From the NCBI GenBank assembly GCA_019429005.1, contig JAHYJR010000001.1, positions 72,663-136,662 on the forward strand: a DNA stretch of 64,000 nucleotides, given 5' to 3'. The translations under genes were made by a program, and so were the position numbers. Positions 33,785-42,843 of this stretch are shown here, piece by piece (positions within the stretch are counted from its first letter, which is position 1; each line of letters opens with the position of its first letter). This DNA comes from Nanobdellati archaeon (GTDB taxonomy: Archaea; EX4484-52; GLR71). Below the pieces are notes generated by a model. That model was not told where the DNA came from, did no database searches, and saw only the letters and a list, made by a program, of their open reading frames with translations.

Positions 33785-33925
33785 TTAATAAAAATGTAGC
33801 CCACTTGTAACACAAGATATCATCATATCAATCTTGCTGACGAAAGCGGGCTTATAATGTATTAGGATGTCCTTATAATCATTGAAATTCTCAAAAAGGG
33901 ACCCATTAATACTACATATTATTAT
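33785..33925. ncRNA. Structured RNA candidate with 5S-rRNA-like three-way topology
   Basis: Stems ATGTAG/CTACAT, CCCACTT/AAGCGGG, CAAGAT/ATCTTG (12-nt loop), GTATTA/TAATAC, GTCCTT/AGGGAC; GC-richer than flanks; strand uncertain. Confidence 0.4.
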
Positions 33926-34027
33926 AACAAGTAGTTTTATAAATATTTGTATTACGCTACTACTTAAAAAAAGGAACATAAATGTAAAATCACAAAGATT
34001 TAAAGCACAAAAACACAATACCTAAAT

Positions 34028-34351
34028 ATGTATAAGAAAGGATATGCTTTTGAAAGGCTATTAAAACTTGAGCTTGAAGCTGACGGCTGGAAAGTTATAA
34101 GATCTGGCGGAAGTAAAAAACCAGATATGATTGCTGGAAAGAATGGTAAAATCATAATTATAGAATGTAAATCATCAAAAAATAGTAAAGTTTACATAGA
34201 TAAGGATGAATTTGATAATATACAAGTCGTTGCGAAAGCTTTCAATGCTGAATGCATATTTGCAATAAGACAAGATAGAAAAAAATGGGTTATGGTATCT
34301 TTAGACCAATTAAAAGAAAATGATAAGAGTTATGTGATTAATCTTGAATAG
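34028..34351 (+). CDS. hjc: Holliday junction resolvase Hjc
   Basis: KGYAFER, RSGGS, PDMIA, IECK. Confidence 0.92.
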   Translation: MYKKGYAFERLLKLELEADGWKVIRSGGSKKPDMIAGKNGKIIIIECKSSKNSKVYIDKDEFDNIQVVAKAFNAECIFAIRQDRKKWVMVSLDQLKENDKSYVINLE

Positions 34352-35116
34352 GTGAAAAATATAGAAATAACAATTCTTGGTACAGGATCTCCTGAAGGTA
34401 TGCCTATAATGACTTGTGACTGTAAATGGTGTGAAACATCAAAAGAACGTCTTAGACCTTCTATTCTTATAAAACATAATAAACATAACATAATTTTTGA
34501 TGCAAGTCCTGATATAAGACATCAAATTATAAGAAATAAAATAAAAAATATTACTGCAATTTTTCTTACACATTATCATTTTGATCACTTTTGGGGTATA
34601 TATGATTTAGATCAATTAAATTGGGTTAATTTAAACAATTTTATAATATATCTTAATCAAGACACAGATAAACATCTAAAAAATATATCTTGGCTTAAAT
34701 TTAACACAAAAATACAAAATTTCAATGAAATTATCAAAATAAATGGATTAAATATTGAATCAATAAAAATCAAACATACATCATACCTTCAAAAATCAGG
34801 TTATATAATCAAAGAAGGTAATAAAAAAGTTGTATATATACCAGATATAGAAAATATTGAAAATAATGAATTAAATAAATGTAAAGATGCAGACATACTA
34901 ATCATAGATGGGCAATATATATTTGGAAAATATATAACAGACAATGATCACCTTGGAGGAATTGAATTAATAAATATAATAAACAAATTTGAAGCGAAAA
35001 AAGTATACCTTATAGGTTTTTCAGAACATTGGTATAAAATATCTCAAAAAGATGCAAACAAAAAACTTCAAGATAATATTAATATAGTATCAGATCAAAC
35101 AATATTAAAATTATAA
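34352..35116 (+). CDS. MBL-fold hydrolase (PhnP-like)
   Basis: LGTGS.GMP..CDCKWC, DASPD, THYHFDH. Confidence 0.88.
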   Translation: MKNIEITILGTGSPEGMPIMTCDCKWCETSKERLRPSILIKHNKHNIIFDASPDIRHQIIRNKIKNITAIFLTHYHFDHFWGIYDLDQLNWVNLNNFIIYLNQDTDKHLKNISWLKFNTKIQNFNEIIKINGLNIESIKIKHTSYLQKSGYIIKEGNKKVVYIPDIENIENNELNKCKDADILIIDGQYIFGKYITDNDHLGGIELINIINKFEAKKVYLIGFSEHWYKISQKDANKKLQDNINIVSDQTILKL

Positions 35117-35178
35117 TATAAACTAATTTTAAAAAAATAATGATAATACTAATAATAAATATAAAATTATTATAAAAA

Positions 35179-36396
35179 TCAAATCAAAAATTCCTCTTTA
35201 AGAAATGTTCTAATTTTTACAACAACTGAATCCGATACAGACATATTTAATACTCTTGTTCTTCCATGTCTTCCACGTGATATTACTTTTGTTTCAATTA
35301 TACTTAACATTTCAAGTTCGCTAATAAGATCAGATACACGCCTTGTTGTAAGTGGTTTAAGCCCAACAGATTTGCATAAATTATCATAATAACTAAAAAC
35401 ATCTCCAGTATAAATATATGGTTTACCTTCTTTTTCAAGAAGTTTTATTATACTATATAATACAACCTTTGACTGTTTTGGCTGAACTTTTACAGCTTCC
35501 ATTATATAATCAAGATTAATTTTAGATTGTGCAAAATCAACATGCTTTTCATCAACATAAAAATCTTGATCTCTTTCAGCAATTTCACCTGAAACTCTTA
35601 AAAGATTCAATGCACGTCTTGCATCACCATGTTCTTGAGCTGCAAGAGCTGCACATTTAGCTATTACACCATCACGTAAAATACCTTCACAAAATGCAAC
35701 TTTTGCCCTATCTGAAAGAATATTTTTAAGTTGTGTAGCATTATATGGTGAAAAAACAAGTTCTTCATCACAAAGAGAACTTTTTACTCTTGAATCAAGT
35801 TTTTCTGTAAATGTAAGATTATTTGATATACCAACTATTACAATATTACCTTCGTTATATTGATTCATTCTTGTAAGATTATACAAAAATTCATCTCCAA
35901 TTTTATCAACTAATGCATCAATTTCATCAAGAGTTAATATAATAATTTCCTTATGATTTTTTAGTGTATCAAAAAATATTTTATATATAGATTCTGTTGG
36001 AAGCCCTGTTGGTGGAACATGAACATCAAATAAGCTTAATATATAAGCAAGAAGTCTATATTCAGTATCAGCTACACGTTTCATCTTACAATTAACATAA
36101 AGTGTAGTAATCTCAACATTATTCAAATTAGCTATTTTTTTTAATTGATCTATAACATGTTTTGTCACAAGAGTCTTACCAGTACCAGTGATACCATAAA
36201 TAAAAACATTTGAAGGTTTATTATTTTTTAAAATTGGTGCAAGAACAGAACCAAGCTGTTTCATTTGTTCTTCTCTATATGAAACATTTTCAGGAGTATA
36301 ATTTAAACTTAAAGCATCTTTTTTTAAAAAAATATTTTTTGAATTAATATATTCTGTAAACAAGTTCTCAAGAGTTTGTTGAACCAAATTTATCAC
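35179..36396 (-). CDS. cdc6: Orc1/Cdc6 replication initiator
   Basis: GITGTGKT, LDEID, LDSRVKSSL, HGDARRAL, wHTH TTRRVSDLISELEML..SRGRHGRTR. Confidence 0.97.
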   Translation of the reverse strand: MINLVQQTLENLFTEYINSKNIFLKKDALSLNYTPENVSYREEQMKQLGSVLAPILKNNKPSNVFIYGITGTGKTLVTKHVIDQLKKIANLNNVEITTLYVNCKMKRVADTEYRLLAYILSLFDVHVPPTGLPTESIYKIFFDTLKNHKEIIILTLDEIDALVDKIGDEFLYNLTRMNQYNEGNIVIVGISNNLTFTEKLDSRVKSSLCDEELVFSPYNATQLKNILSDRAKVAFCEGILRDGVIAKCAALAAQEHGDARRALNLLRVSGEIAERDQDFYVDEKHVDFAQSKINLDYIMEAVKVQPKQSKVVLYSIIKLLEKEGKPYIYTGDVFSYYDNLCKSVGLKPLTTRRVSDLISELEMLSIIETKVISRGRHGRTRVLNMSVSDSVVVKIRTFLKEEFLI

Positions 36397-36419
36397 GTCA
36401 AAAATTTACTATTTTTATT

Positions 36420-36840
36420 GCTATAGTTCTATAGGAAATGAAGGTTTATATACATATCGCAAAAAATTATAAAAATTACACCCACACCCCTAGATTTCCT
36501 GTCGAATTATATATTAATACTAATATTACAATTAAATATAACAGTGTTATATATGTTATATATTACAATATATTATAATAATTAAATAAAAAATCAATAT
36601 AATTAATATAATAACCTTTTTAACCCAATTAATAGATTTTTGTTTAATAAAACTCCATAAGAAACTAAAGGGTGAGGGTGTTATTATTAATATTATATAA
36701 TTCAAAAATCATAATCGTCTATGTATTAAATTATTTATTTATTATATAGTTTTTTGAAAAATAATTATTAAAAAATATTATATTTTTTATAAAAAATAAT
36801 AATTTATAATTTTTAAATTATTTTTAATATTTAAATCACT
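36420..36840. promoter_or_regulatory. Probable replication origin (oriC) with ORB elements
   Basis: Upstream of cdc6: GTTCTATAGGAAATGAAGG (36426,+), TTCGACAGGAAATCTAGGGGTGTGGG (about 36481-36506,-), CTCCATAAGAAACTAAAGGGTGAGGG (36653,+), with AT-rich tracts between and after. Confidence 0.8.
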
Positions 36841-36980
36841 TATAATCTTTATTTATAATAAATTTATAATCTTTATTTATAATAAATTTATAATCTTTAT
36901 TTATAATAAATTTATAATCTTTATTTATAATAAATTTATAATCTTTATTTATAATAAATTTATAATCTTTATTTATAATA
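36841..36980. repeat. 24-bp tandem repeat, about 5.8 copies
   Basis: Unit TATAATCTTTATTTATAATAAATT; last copy overlaps the stop codon of 36973..37689. Confidence 0.95.
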
Positions 36981-37689
36981 TTTTTTTTAATTTTAGTATA
37001 AGTGTATCTATATTTTTGATCTGTGTTATAATTATAGGTATATTTTCCATTTCAGCTATTTTTTTTGCTAACTTATCAAGTTTTTCCATATTATGTAAAA
37101 CAACAACTCCTGGTTTAAGATTAGTAACTTTCATTGCAATTAACGAGCTTCTTCCACTTTTTACACCTGTAAATATCATAGCACGTTCTGTTGTTAGACC
37201 ATAAAGTCTTATCAATTCAGATGGTGAAAGACCAACTATAGCTTTAATTGAATCAATTATAGTGTAACCATATATTTTCTTATTAATATTATCTTTACCA
37301 ACAATAATTTTACCATCTATAGTATCTATAAATTCTTTTAATGTTACAGGTCTAGGTATTTCTTTTATATCAATTATAGCATCATTTAATATATTTTTTG
37401 AATGTAGGCTTGTAAACTCATTTATTATAAGACTACCATTTTTTTCATCAATTTTAATTAAAGCATTTACAATTTTTTTAATCATTTCAATACCTGGACT
37501 TTTTCTTCTTCCACTTTCATAATCAGATATAACTGAAGGCATTACTTTCATTTCAGCAGCAAGATTTCTTTGTGATACTCTAAACATATTTCTCCATTTT
37601 TTAATTGTATTATTAGGTTTATCAGAAATTACAATTTCACCCGCCATGTTTTTTGATAACTGATCCTTTGATACATCTTGTTCATTCAT
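36973..37689 (-). CDS. Archaeal XRE-HTH transcriptional regulator with DRTGG-like C-domain
   Basis: MAGEIVISD, SVISDYESGRRKSPG, GYTIIDS, RAMIFTGVKSGRS. Confidence 0.88.
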   Translation of the reverse strand: MNEQDVSKDQLSKNMAGEIVISDKPNNTIKKWRNMFRVSQRNLAAEMKVMPSVISDYESGRRKSPGIEMIKKIVNALIKIDEKNGSLIINEFTSLHSKNILNDAIIDIKEIPRPVTLKEFIDTIDGKIIVGKDNINKKIYGYTIIDSIKAIVGLSPSELIRLYGLTTERAMIFTGVKSGRSSLIAMKVTNLKPGVVVLHNMEKLDKLAKKIAEMENIPIIITQIKNIDTLILKLKKIL

Positions 37690-37829
37690 ATTTTATCACA
37701 ACATAATTTTAATATATAATTAATTTTAGCATATAATTAATTTTAGCATATAATACAAATTTTATTATATATAATTTTAATTTTATTAAATATTACTTTG
37801 ATATGTATTTTTATATTATTTACATTTTT

Positions 37830-37849
37830 TGACGACTATTAAATCGTCA
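37830..37849. promoter_or_regulatory. Palindromic operator candidate
   Basis: TGACGA-N8-TCGTCA in pure-AT surroundings, 140 bp upstream of the XRE gene. Confidence 0.35.
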
Positions 37850-38006
37850 TAATATATTATTGTAATTTTAAAATATATTGTTAAAATATATTGTTAAAAT
37901 CTATAAAGTTATAATTTATAAAATATTTTAAAATTTTAGTAAAATATAAAACACTTTAAATTTTTAGTTTAATCAACATATTAAACAATTTAGTTTAATC
38001 AACATA

Positions 38007-38951
38007 TTAAACAATATAGAGTAAGTTCTGCAAAAGATATAAAATATATATAAAATACATTAAAATATATAAAACACCTTCAGAACGCGTAATATTTTTT
38101 TTCCATAAACCTATCATAAAGAACATTGATATTATAAATAAGAAAATCAAATCAATTCTAATTGATTGAAAATCAATAACAAGTGGATTTATAATTGCAG
38201 CAATACCAAGAACCCCAATTATATTGAATATATTTGTTCCAATAATATTTCCTATAGCTATTCCAAATTTACCCTTTTTTGCTGCAGCAATACTTACAGC
38301 AATTTCAGGCATACCAGTACCAGCTGCAATAATTATAGCACTTATTGTCCATTCAGATATTGACAACATTTGTGCTATATTTATGGTTGAATTAAGAAGC
38401 ATCTTACTACTTATAAACACAAAAAATAGTGTAATTATTATTATTGTTACTTCTTTTGTTTTTGATATTTCATTATTTTTTTCAACATGATTGTTTTCGA
38501 TATCATATTTAATCGTATATAATGTGTATAATACAAGAGCTAATACCATAATAATTCCAGTCAATCTATTAATTCCACCCGTTAACATAATTAGATATAA
38601 AAAAATTACAGATAATATCATAATTATACTATCTCGTTTTATAATTTTCCAGCGTTTTACAAAAAGAGGTGAGATTATAGCCGCAAGACCCATAATTATA
38701 GTTATATTAAATATATTTGATCCTACAATATCACCCATAGCTACTGCGCTATAATTATTAAATGAAGCAACTGAACTTACAACAAGTTCTGGTAATGAAG
38801 TTCCATAAGCAATCAAAGTAAGTCCTATTACTGTTCCAGAAAGACCCACAGCAGATGCAAATCTTGTCGCAGAATCTATAAGCTTACTTGATGATACAAC
38901 CAATATTGCAATACTTATAATAAGAATTATAATTTGAACATAAAGAAGCAT
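38007..38951 (-). CDS. Ca2+/Na+ antiporter (CaCA, YrbG-like)
   Basis: Alpha repeats GTSLPE..GSNIFN and GTGMPE..GTNIFN. Confidence 0.92.
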   Translation of the reverse strand: MLLYVQIIILIISIAILVVSSSKLIDSATRFASAVGLSGTVIGLTLIAYGTSLPELVVSSVASFNNYSAVAMGDIVGSNIFNITIIMGLAAIISPLFVKRWKIIKRDSIIMILSVIFLYLIMLTGGINRLTGIIMVLALVLYTLYTIKYDIENNHVEKNNEISKTKEVTIIIITLFFVFISSKMLLNSTINIAQMLSISEWTISAIIIAAGTGMPEIAVSIAAAKKGKFGIAIGNIIGTNIFNIIGVLGIAAIINPLVIDFQSIRIDLIFLFIISMFFMIGLWKKNITRSEGVLYILMYFIYILYLLQNLLYIV

Positions 38952-38967
38952 ACATATGTTTGATTTT

Positions 38968-39120
38968 GATATTTTATATAAATTGATATTTTATATAAAC
39001 TGATATTTTATATAAACTAATATTTTATATAAACTAATATTTTATATAAACTGATATTTTATATAAACTGATATTTTATATAAACTAATATTTTATATAA
39101 ACTGATATTTTATATAAATT
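38968..39120. repeat. 17-bp tandem repeat x9, each containing palindromic TTTATATAAA
   Basis: Unit (G/A)ATATTTTATATAAA(C/T)T; fills most of a divergent intergenic region. Confidence 0.95.
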
Positions 39121-39139
39121 ATTAACTATTAATATAATT

Positions 39140-40483
39140 ATGGTTATAAATACTGACCTTCATTCTCATTCAGGTTATGCAGGTGGTGTTGGGACAATAT
39201 CACTTGAAAACATTGAAAAGACAATGACCTTAAAAGGTATAGATATATTTGGAACGGGTGATTGTCTTCATCCTAAATGGAATAAGCATCTTAAAAATAT
39301 TCTAATCGAAAAAGAAAATGGTCTTTTTTCATTGAAAAATAGTGAAACTGATAAGCGATTTCTTTTACAAACTGAAATAATAATAACTGTAGATATCAAA
39401 AATGCACGAAAAATAGTACACACCCTTATCTTTTTCCCATCATTTGAATGTGTTGATAAGGTTACAAAATGTCTTGAATCTTATGGTATGAAAAACACTG
39501 TAGGAAGACCTTTTCTTAAATGTAACAACAATATTGATGTTTCAAATAAATTAGAAAAAATATTGAATTTAGACGATTTAATTGAAATTGTTCCAGCACA
39601 TATTATGACACCTCAAGGTGTATTTGGTTCAAACAACCCAGTTTATTCAATGAAAGAATTTTACGGAAATGTTTCTGATAGGTTTAAAGCAGTAGAAACA
39701 GGTTTAAGTGCAGATCCAAACATTTTAAATATGATACCCGAGCTTGACAATATATCATTAATATCTAATAGTGATACGCATTCAGCTGCATTGAATCGTG
39801 TCGGACGTGAATTTACATCTTTTGATATTAATAAACCAAGCTATGATTCTATAATAAATTGTATTAGAAATAGAAAAATATTGAAGACGGCAGAATTTAA
39901 TCCAGAAGAAGGAAAATTTTTTCTGACAGGACACAGGGCAGGAAAAAAAGATCATAATGATTCATATTGCGTTTTTTCACCTAAAAACACACCCCCGACA
40001 AAGATATGCCCAATCTGTAATAAATCACTTACAATAGGGGTTCTTGAACAGGTAAAGAAAATATTTGATATGCAGATAAAAAATATAAATCCCGAAGACC
40101 GAACACAATTAAAGCGAGACTTTGTGAGTACGGTTCCCTTGATAGAAATAATTGCATACACGCTCGGTATAAAGACCGTATTATCACCCAAAATTAATAG
40201 TATATATCGTGACATTATAAAAACGATAGGCGACGAAAGCAAATTGTGGTTTAATTCTAAAAGTGACATTCAAAAGAGACTTTCAGGCGTAGTTGATGAT
40301 ATTTTGATTTCAAACATAATACAAGTTAAAGATGGTTGTTTTGGTTTTAGTCCACCCGGTTTTGATGGTACTTATGGCGATCTTGTAATAGGTAAAAAGA
40401 TTGATTTTAACAATATAAATACAATATTTTGTAATCCAAATCAAACAGTTAATATCGAAAATAATCAAAAAAAACTTTATTAA
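39140..40483 (+). CDS. Endonuclease Q family (PHP domain plus Zn-binding region)
   Basis: DLHSHS, GTGDCLHPKW, PAHIMTP, ETGLSAD, SNSDTHS..RVGRE, EGKF, CPIC, PGFDGTYG. Confidence 0.9.
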   Translation: MVINTDLHSHSGYAGGVGTISLENIEKTMTLKGIDIFGTGDCLHPKWNKHLKNILIEKENGLFSLKNSETDKRFLLQTEIIITVDIKNARKIVHTLIFFPSFECVDKVTKCLESYGMKNTVGRPFLKCNNNIDVSNKLEKILNLDDLIEIVPAHIMTPQGVFGSNNPVYSMKEFYGNVSDRFKAVETGLSADPNILNMIPELDNISLISNSDTHSAALNRVGREFTSFDINKPSYDSIINCIRNRKILKTAEFNPEEGKFFLTGHRAGKKDHNDSYCVFSPKNTPPTKICPICNKSLTIGVLEQVKKIFDMQIKNINPEDRTQLKRDFVSTVPLIEIIAYTLGIKTVLSPKINSIYRDIIKTIGDESKLWFNSKSDIQKRLSGVVDDILISNIIQVKDGCFGFSPPGFDGTYGDLVIGKKIDFNNINTIFCNPNQTVNIENNQKKLY

Positions 40484-40629
40484 TAAAGCATTTTTTATAT
40501 AAGGCTTTAATTACAGAAAATATTGATTTTTGAGTAATTTTAAAGAGTATTTTTTTTGTTAAATTTAAATTTTGCTTTAAATCTAACATTAAACTCTACA
40601 AATAAAAAGTTTAAATCTAAGATAATATT

Positions 40630-42402
40630 ATGGAAAGAAGTGAAATATTAAAAACCTTTACAAAAAATGGTATTATTACAGGTGCAGATTCACTTGATTA
40701 TCTTGAAAACAAAGATATAAATATAGCTATTCTCGTAACAAAAATTTTAGATACTGGAAAATTGTTTATAACACAAAAACTTCTTGAAAGCATGTTTGAT
40801 AGTGATATAGAGTTAAATCCAGATAAAACCTTAAATCCAGATAAAACCTTAAATCCAGATAAAACCTTAAATCCAGATAAAACCTTAAATCCAGATAAAA
40901 CCTTAAATCCAGATAAAACCTTAAATCCAGATAAAATTTCAAATTCCAACAAAACGTCAAATCTAGATAAAACCACGAATTCATATAAAACAGTTAATGA
41001 AACTCACGATAAAACACTTAATGAAACTCACGATAAAACACTTAATGAAACTCGCGATAAAACACCTAATAAAAGTAAAAAGTCTAACGACAACAAAGAT
41101 TCTAATGAGATTAAAAATATATTAAAACCTATAGAAGTCCACAAAACAATATCATTTATTGCAAAAGATTATGAGGGCTCTGTGAGGCTTCATGCACAGA
41201 ACGAATTTAAAGGGCATAAGAGAGATTTATCATCCTTTGTTGATTGTTTTAATAGTCGATATAATAAGATAAAGAACTTTTTTATGAAACATAGAGATCT
41301 TAGAGGTACAAGATCAATATCAAGGTTCAAATCAACAGAAAACGAAAAAGATGTTTCTATAATAGGTATAATATCTGAAATAAATTTAACCAAAAATGGT
41401 AATACATTACTCAGTGTTGAAGATCCAACAGGGATAATTGATGTTGTTATAATGAAAGATAAGAACCTTGAGGTTGATTATCTAATACGGGATGAGATTA
41501 TTGCTTTTTCAGGTTCAGTTGCTCGCGGAACCTTTTTTGCAAATTCAATTATGTTTCCAGACATTGCACCCAAAACACCATTTAATATAACAGATCCTAT
41601 AAGCAGTGTTTTTATATCTGATGTGCATATTGGAAGTAATGAATATTTAAATAAAGTAATGGACCGTTTTTTAAAATGGATAAATGATCCAACATCAGAC
41701 GCATCAAATGTAAAATATTTATGTATTGCAGGCGACCTTGTTGATGGTGTCGGGATATATCCAGGTCAGCAGAATAATCTCAAAATAAAAAACATTTATG
41801 ATCAGTATAGTGCTTTTGAAGAGCTTATTGAAAGAGTACCAGAACATATAGAAGTAGTATTATGTCCAGGAAATCATGATGCTGTAAGACAATCAGAACC
41901 ACAACCAGCCTTTGACAAATCACTTTTACCAAATCTCGTTGGATTTAAAAACGTTACACTTGTTTCAAATCCCTCTTTTTTTGAACTTCATGGATTTGAT
42001 GATAAACAAGGTGCAACAAGTTTAATGTATCATGGTTATAGTTTTAGTAAAATAATAGATGCAATACCCGCACTTCGTGTTAAAGGTATGAGGGAACCAC
42101 AACATGTAATGAAAGAGTTATTACGCAAAAGACACCTTGCACCTCTTTATAGTTCTAACATAATGTTACCTGATATTGAAGATAATCTTGTAATCAGTGC
42201 AGCACCACACATATTCCATACAGGAGATCTACATAGTTTTGCTATTGATAAATACAAAGGTGTCCATCTTTTCTCAACAAGTACCTTTCAAGGTCAAACA
42301 TCGTTTATGGACCGTGTAGGTCACCTCGCAAACCCTGGAAAAGTAACAATTTTAGATTTAAAAGAAAATAGACCATATTTTAAGGATTTTATTACTAGTT
42401 AA
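40630..42402 (+). CDS. polB: DNA polymerase D small (proofreading) subunit DP1
   Basis: OB fold EDPTG, SDVHIGS, GDLVDGVGIYPGQ, PGNHD, RHLAP. Confidence 0.95.
   Translation: MERSEILKTFTKNGIITGADSLDYLENKDINIAILVTKILDTGKLFITQKLLESMFDSDIELNPDKTLNPDKTLNPDKTLNPDKTLNPDKTLNPDKTLNPDKISNSNKTSNLDKTTNSYKTVNETHDKTLNETHDKTLNETRDKTPNKSKKSNDNKDSNEIKNILKPIEVHKTISFIAKDYEGSVRLHAQNEFKGHKRDLSSFVDCFNSRYNKIKNFFMKHRDLRGTRSISRFKSTENEKDVSIIGIISEINLTKNGNTLLSVEDPTGIIDVVIMKDKNLEVDYLIRDEIIAFSGSVARGTFFANSIMFPDIAPKTPFNITDPISSVFISDVHIGSNEYLNKVMDRFLKWINDPTSDASNVKYLCIAGDLVDGVGIYPGQQNNLKIKNIYDQYSAFEELIERVPEHIEVVLCPGNHDAVRQSEPQPAFDKSLLPNLVGFKNVTLVSNPSFFELHGFDDKQGATSLMYHGYSFSKIIDAIPALRVKGMREPQHVMKELLRKRHLAPLYSSNIMLPDIEDNLVISAAPHIFHTGDLHSFAIDKYKGVHLFSTSTFQGQTSFMDRVGHLANPGKVTILDLKENRPYFKDFITS
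40813..41065 (+). repeat. In-frame repeats in the DP1 linker: 18 bp x about 7 (LNPDKT) and 24 bp x3 (LNETHDKT)
   Basis: TTAAATCCAGATAAAACC at 40813-40936; TTAATGAAACTC(A/G)CGATAAAACAC at 40994-41065. Confidence 0.95.
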
Positions 42403-42448
42403 AATAAAAAAGCAAATTGGAATTTTATATCCAATTATGTAGTATCAC

Positions 42449-42691
42449 TTAATCCTTTAATTCAATTGATTGTGATACATCTATCAAAGGTTTGAGTGCT
42501 TCTGTTAAGTATTTTATATTTATTGGATTACTGAATGATATTATAATATCTTTCATTCCATCATTTTTATCAAGTTCTTCGATATCAAATTCTTCAATTA
42601 TATCGATTTTCTTAATCACATCTTCCAAAACAGATTTTTTAATATTCGCCGTAAATTCAATACTTGTTACATTCATTTTTAAAACCCCCAA
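42449..42691 (-). CDS. Small acidic hypothetical protein between DP1 and DP2
   Basis: 80-aa ORF; GGGG SD-like motif before ATG at 42676. Confidence 0.55.
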   Translation of the reverse strand: MGVLKMNVTSIEFTANIKKSVLEDVIKKIDIIEEFDIEELDKNDGMKDIIISFSNPINIKYLTEALKPLIDVSQSIELKD

Positions 42692-42843
42692 AATACTGTT
42701 ATGTTAATATATCAGTATAGACGTAATGGTTGATTAAACTATTTAAACTTAAATTAGAATGACTTTATAAATGTTATAGGTGTTATCAAAATATTGTTAA
42801 TAACTTATAATATTTACTAAATAAGTATTTTTTAAGTTCTTAA

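Noticed and set aside
33785-34018. 77-aa minus-strand ORF; also hammerhead (CTGACGA..GAAA) or RNase P (GAAAGCGGGCTTAT) readings
   Set aside because: The ORF has no recognisable features. Hammerhead stems II and III do not form properly. The RNase P 5' GAGGAAAGUCC motif is absent and the region is too short.
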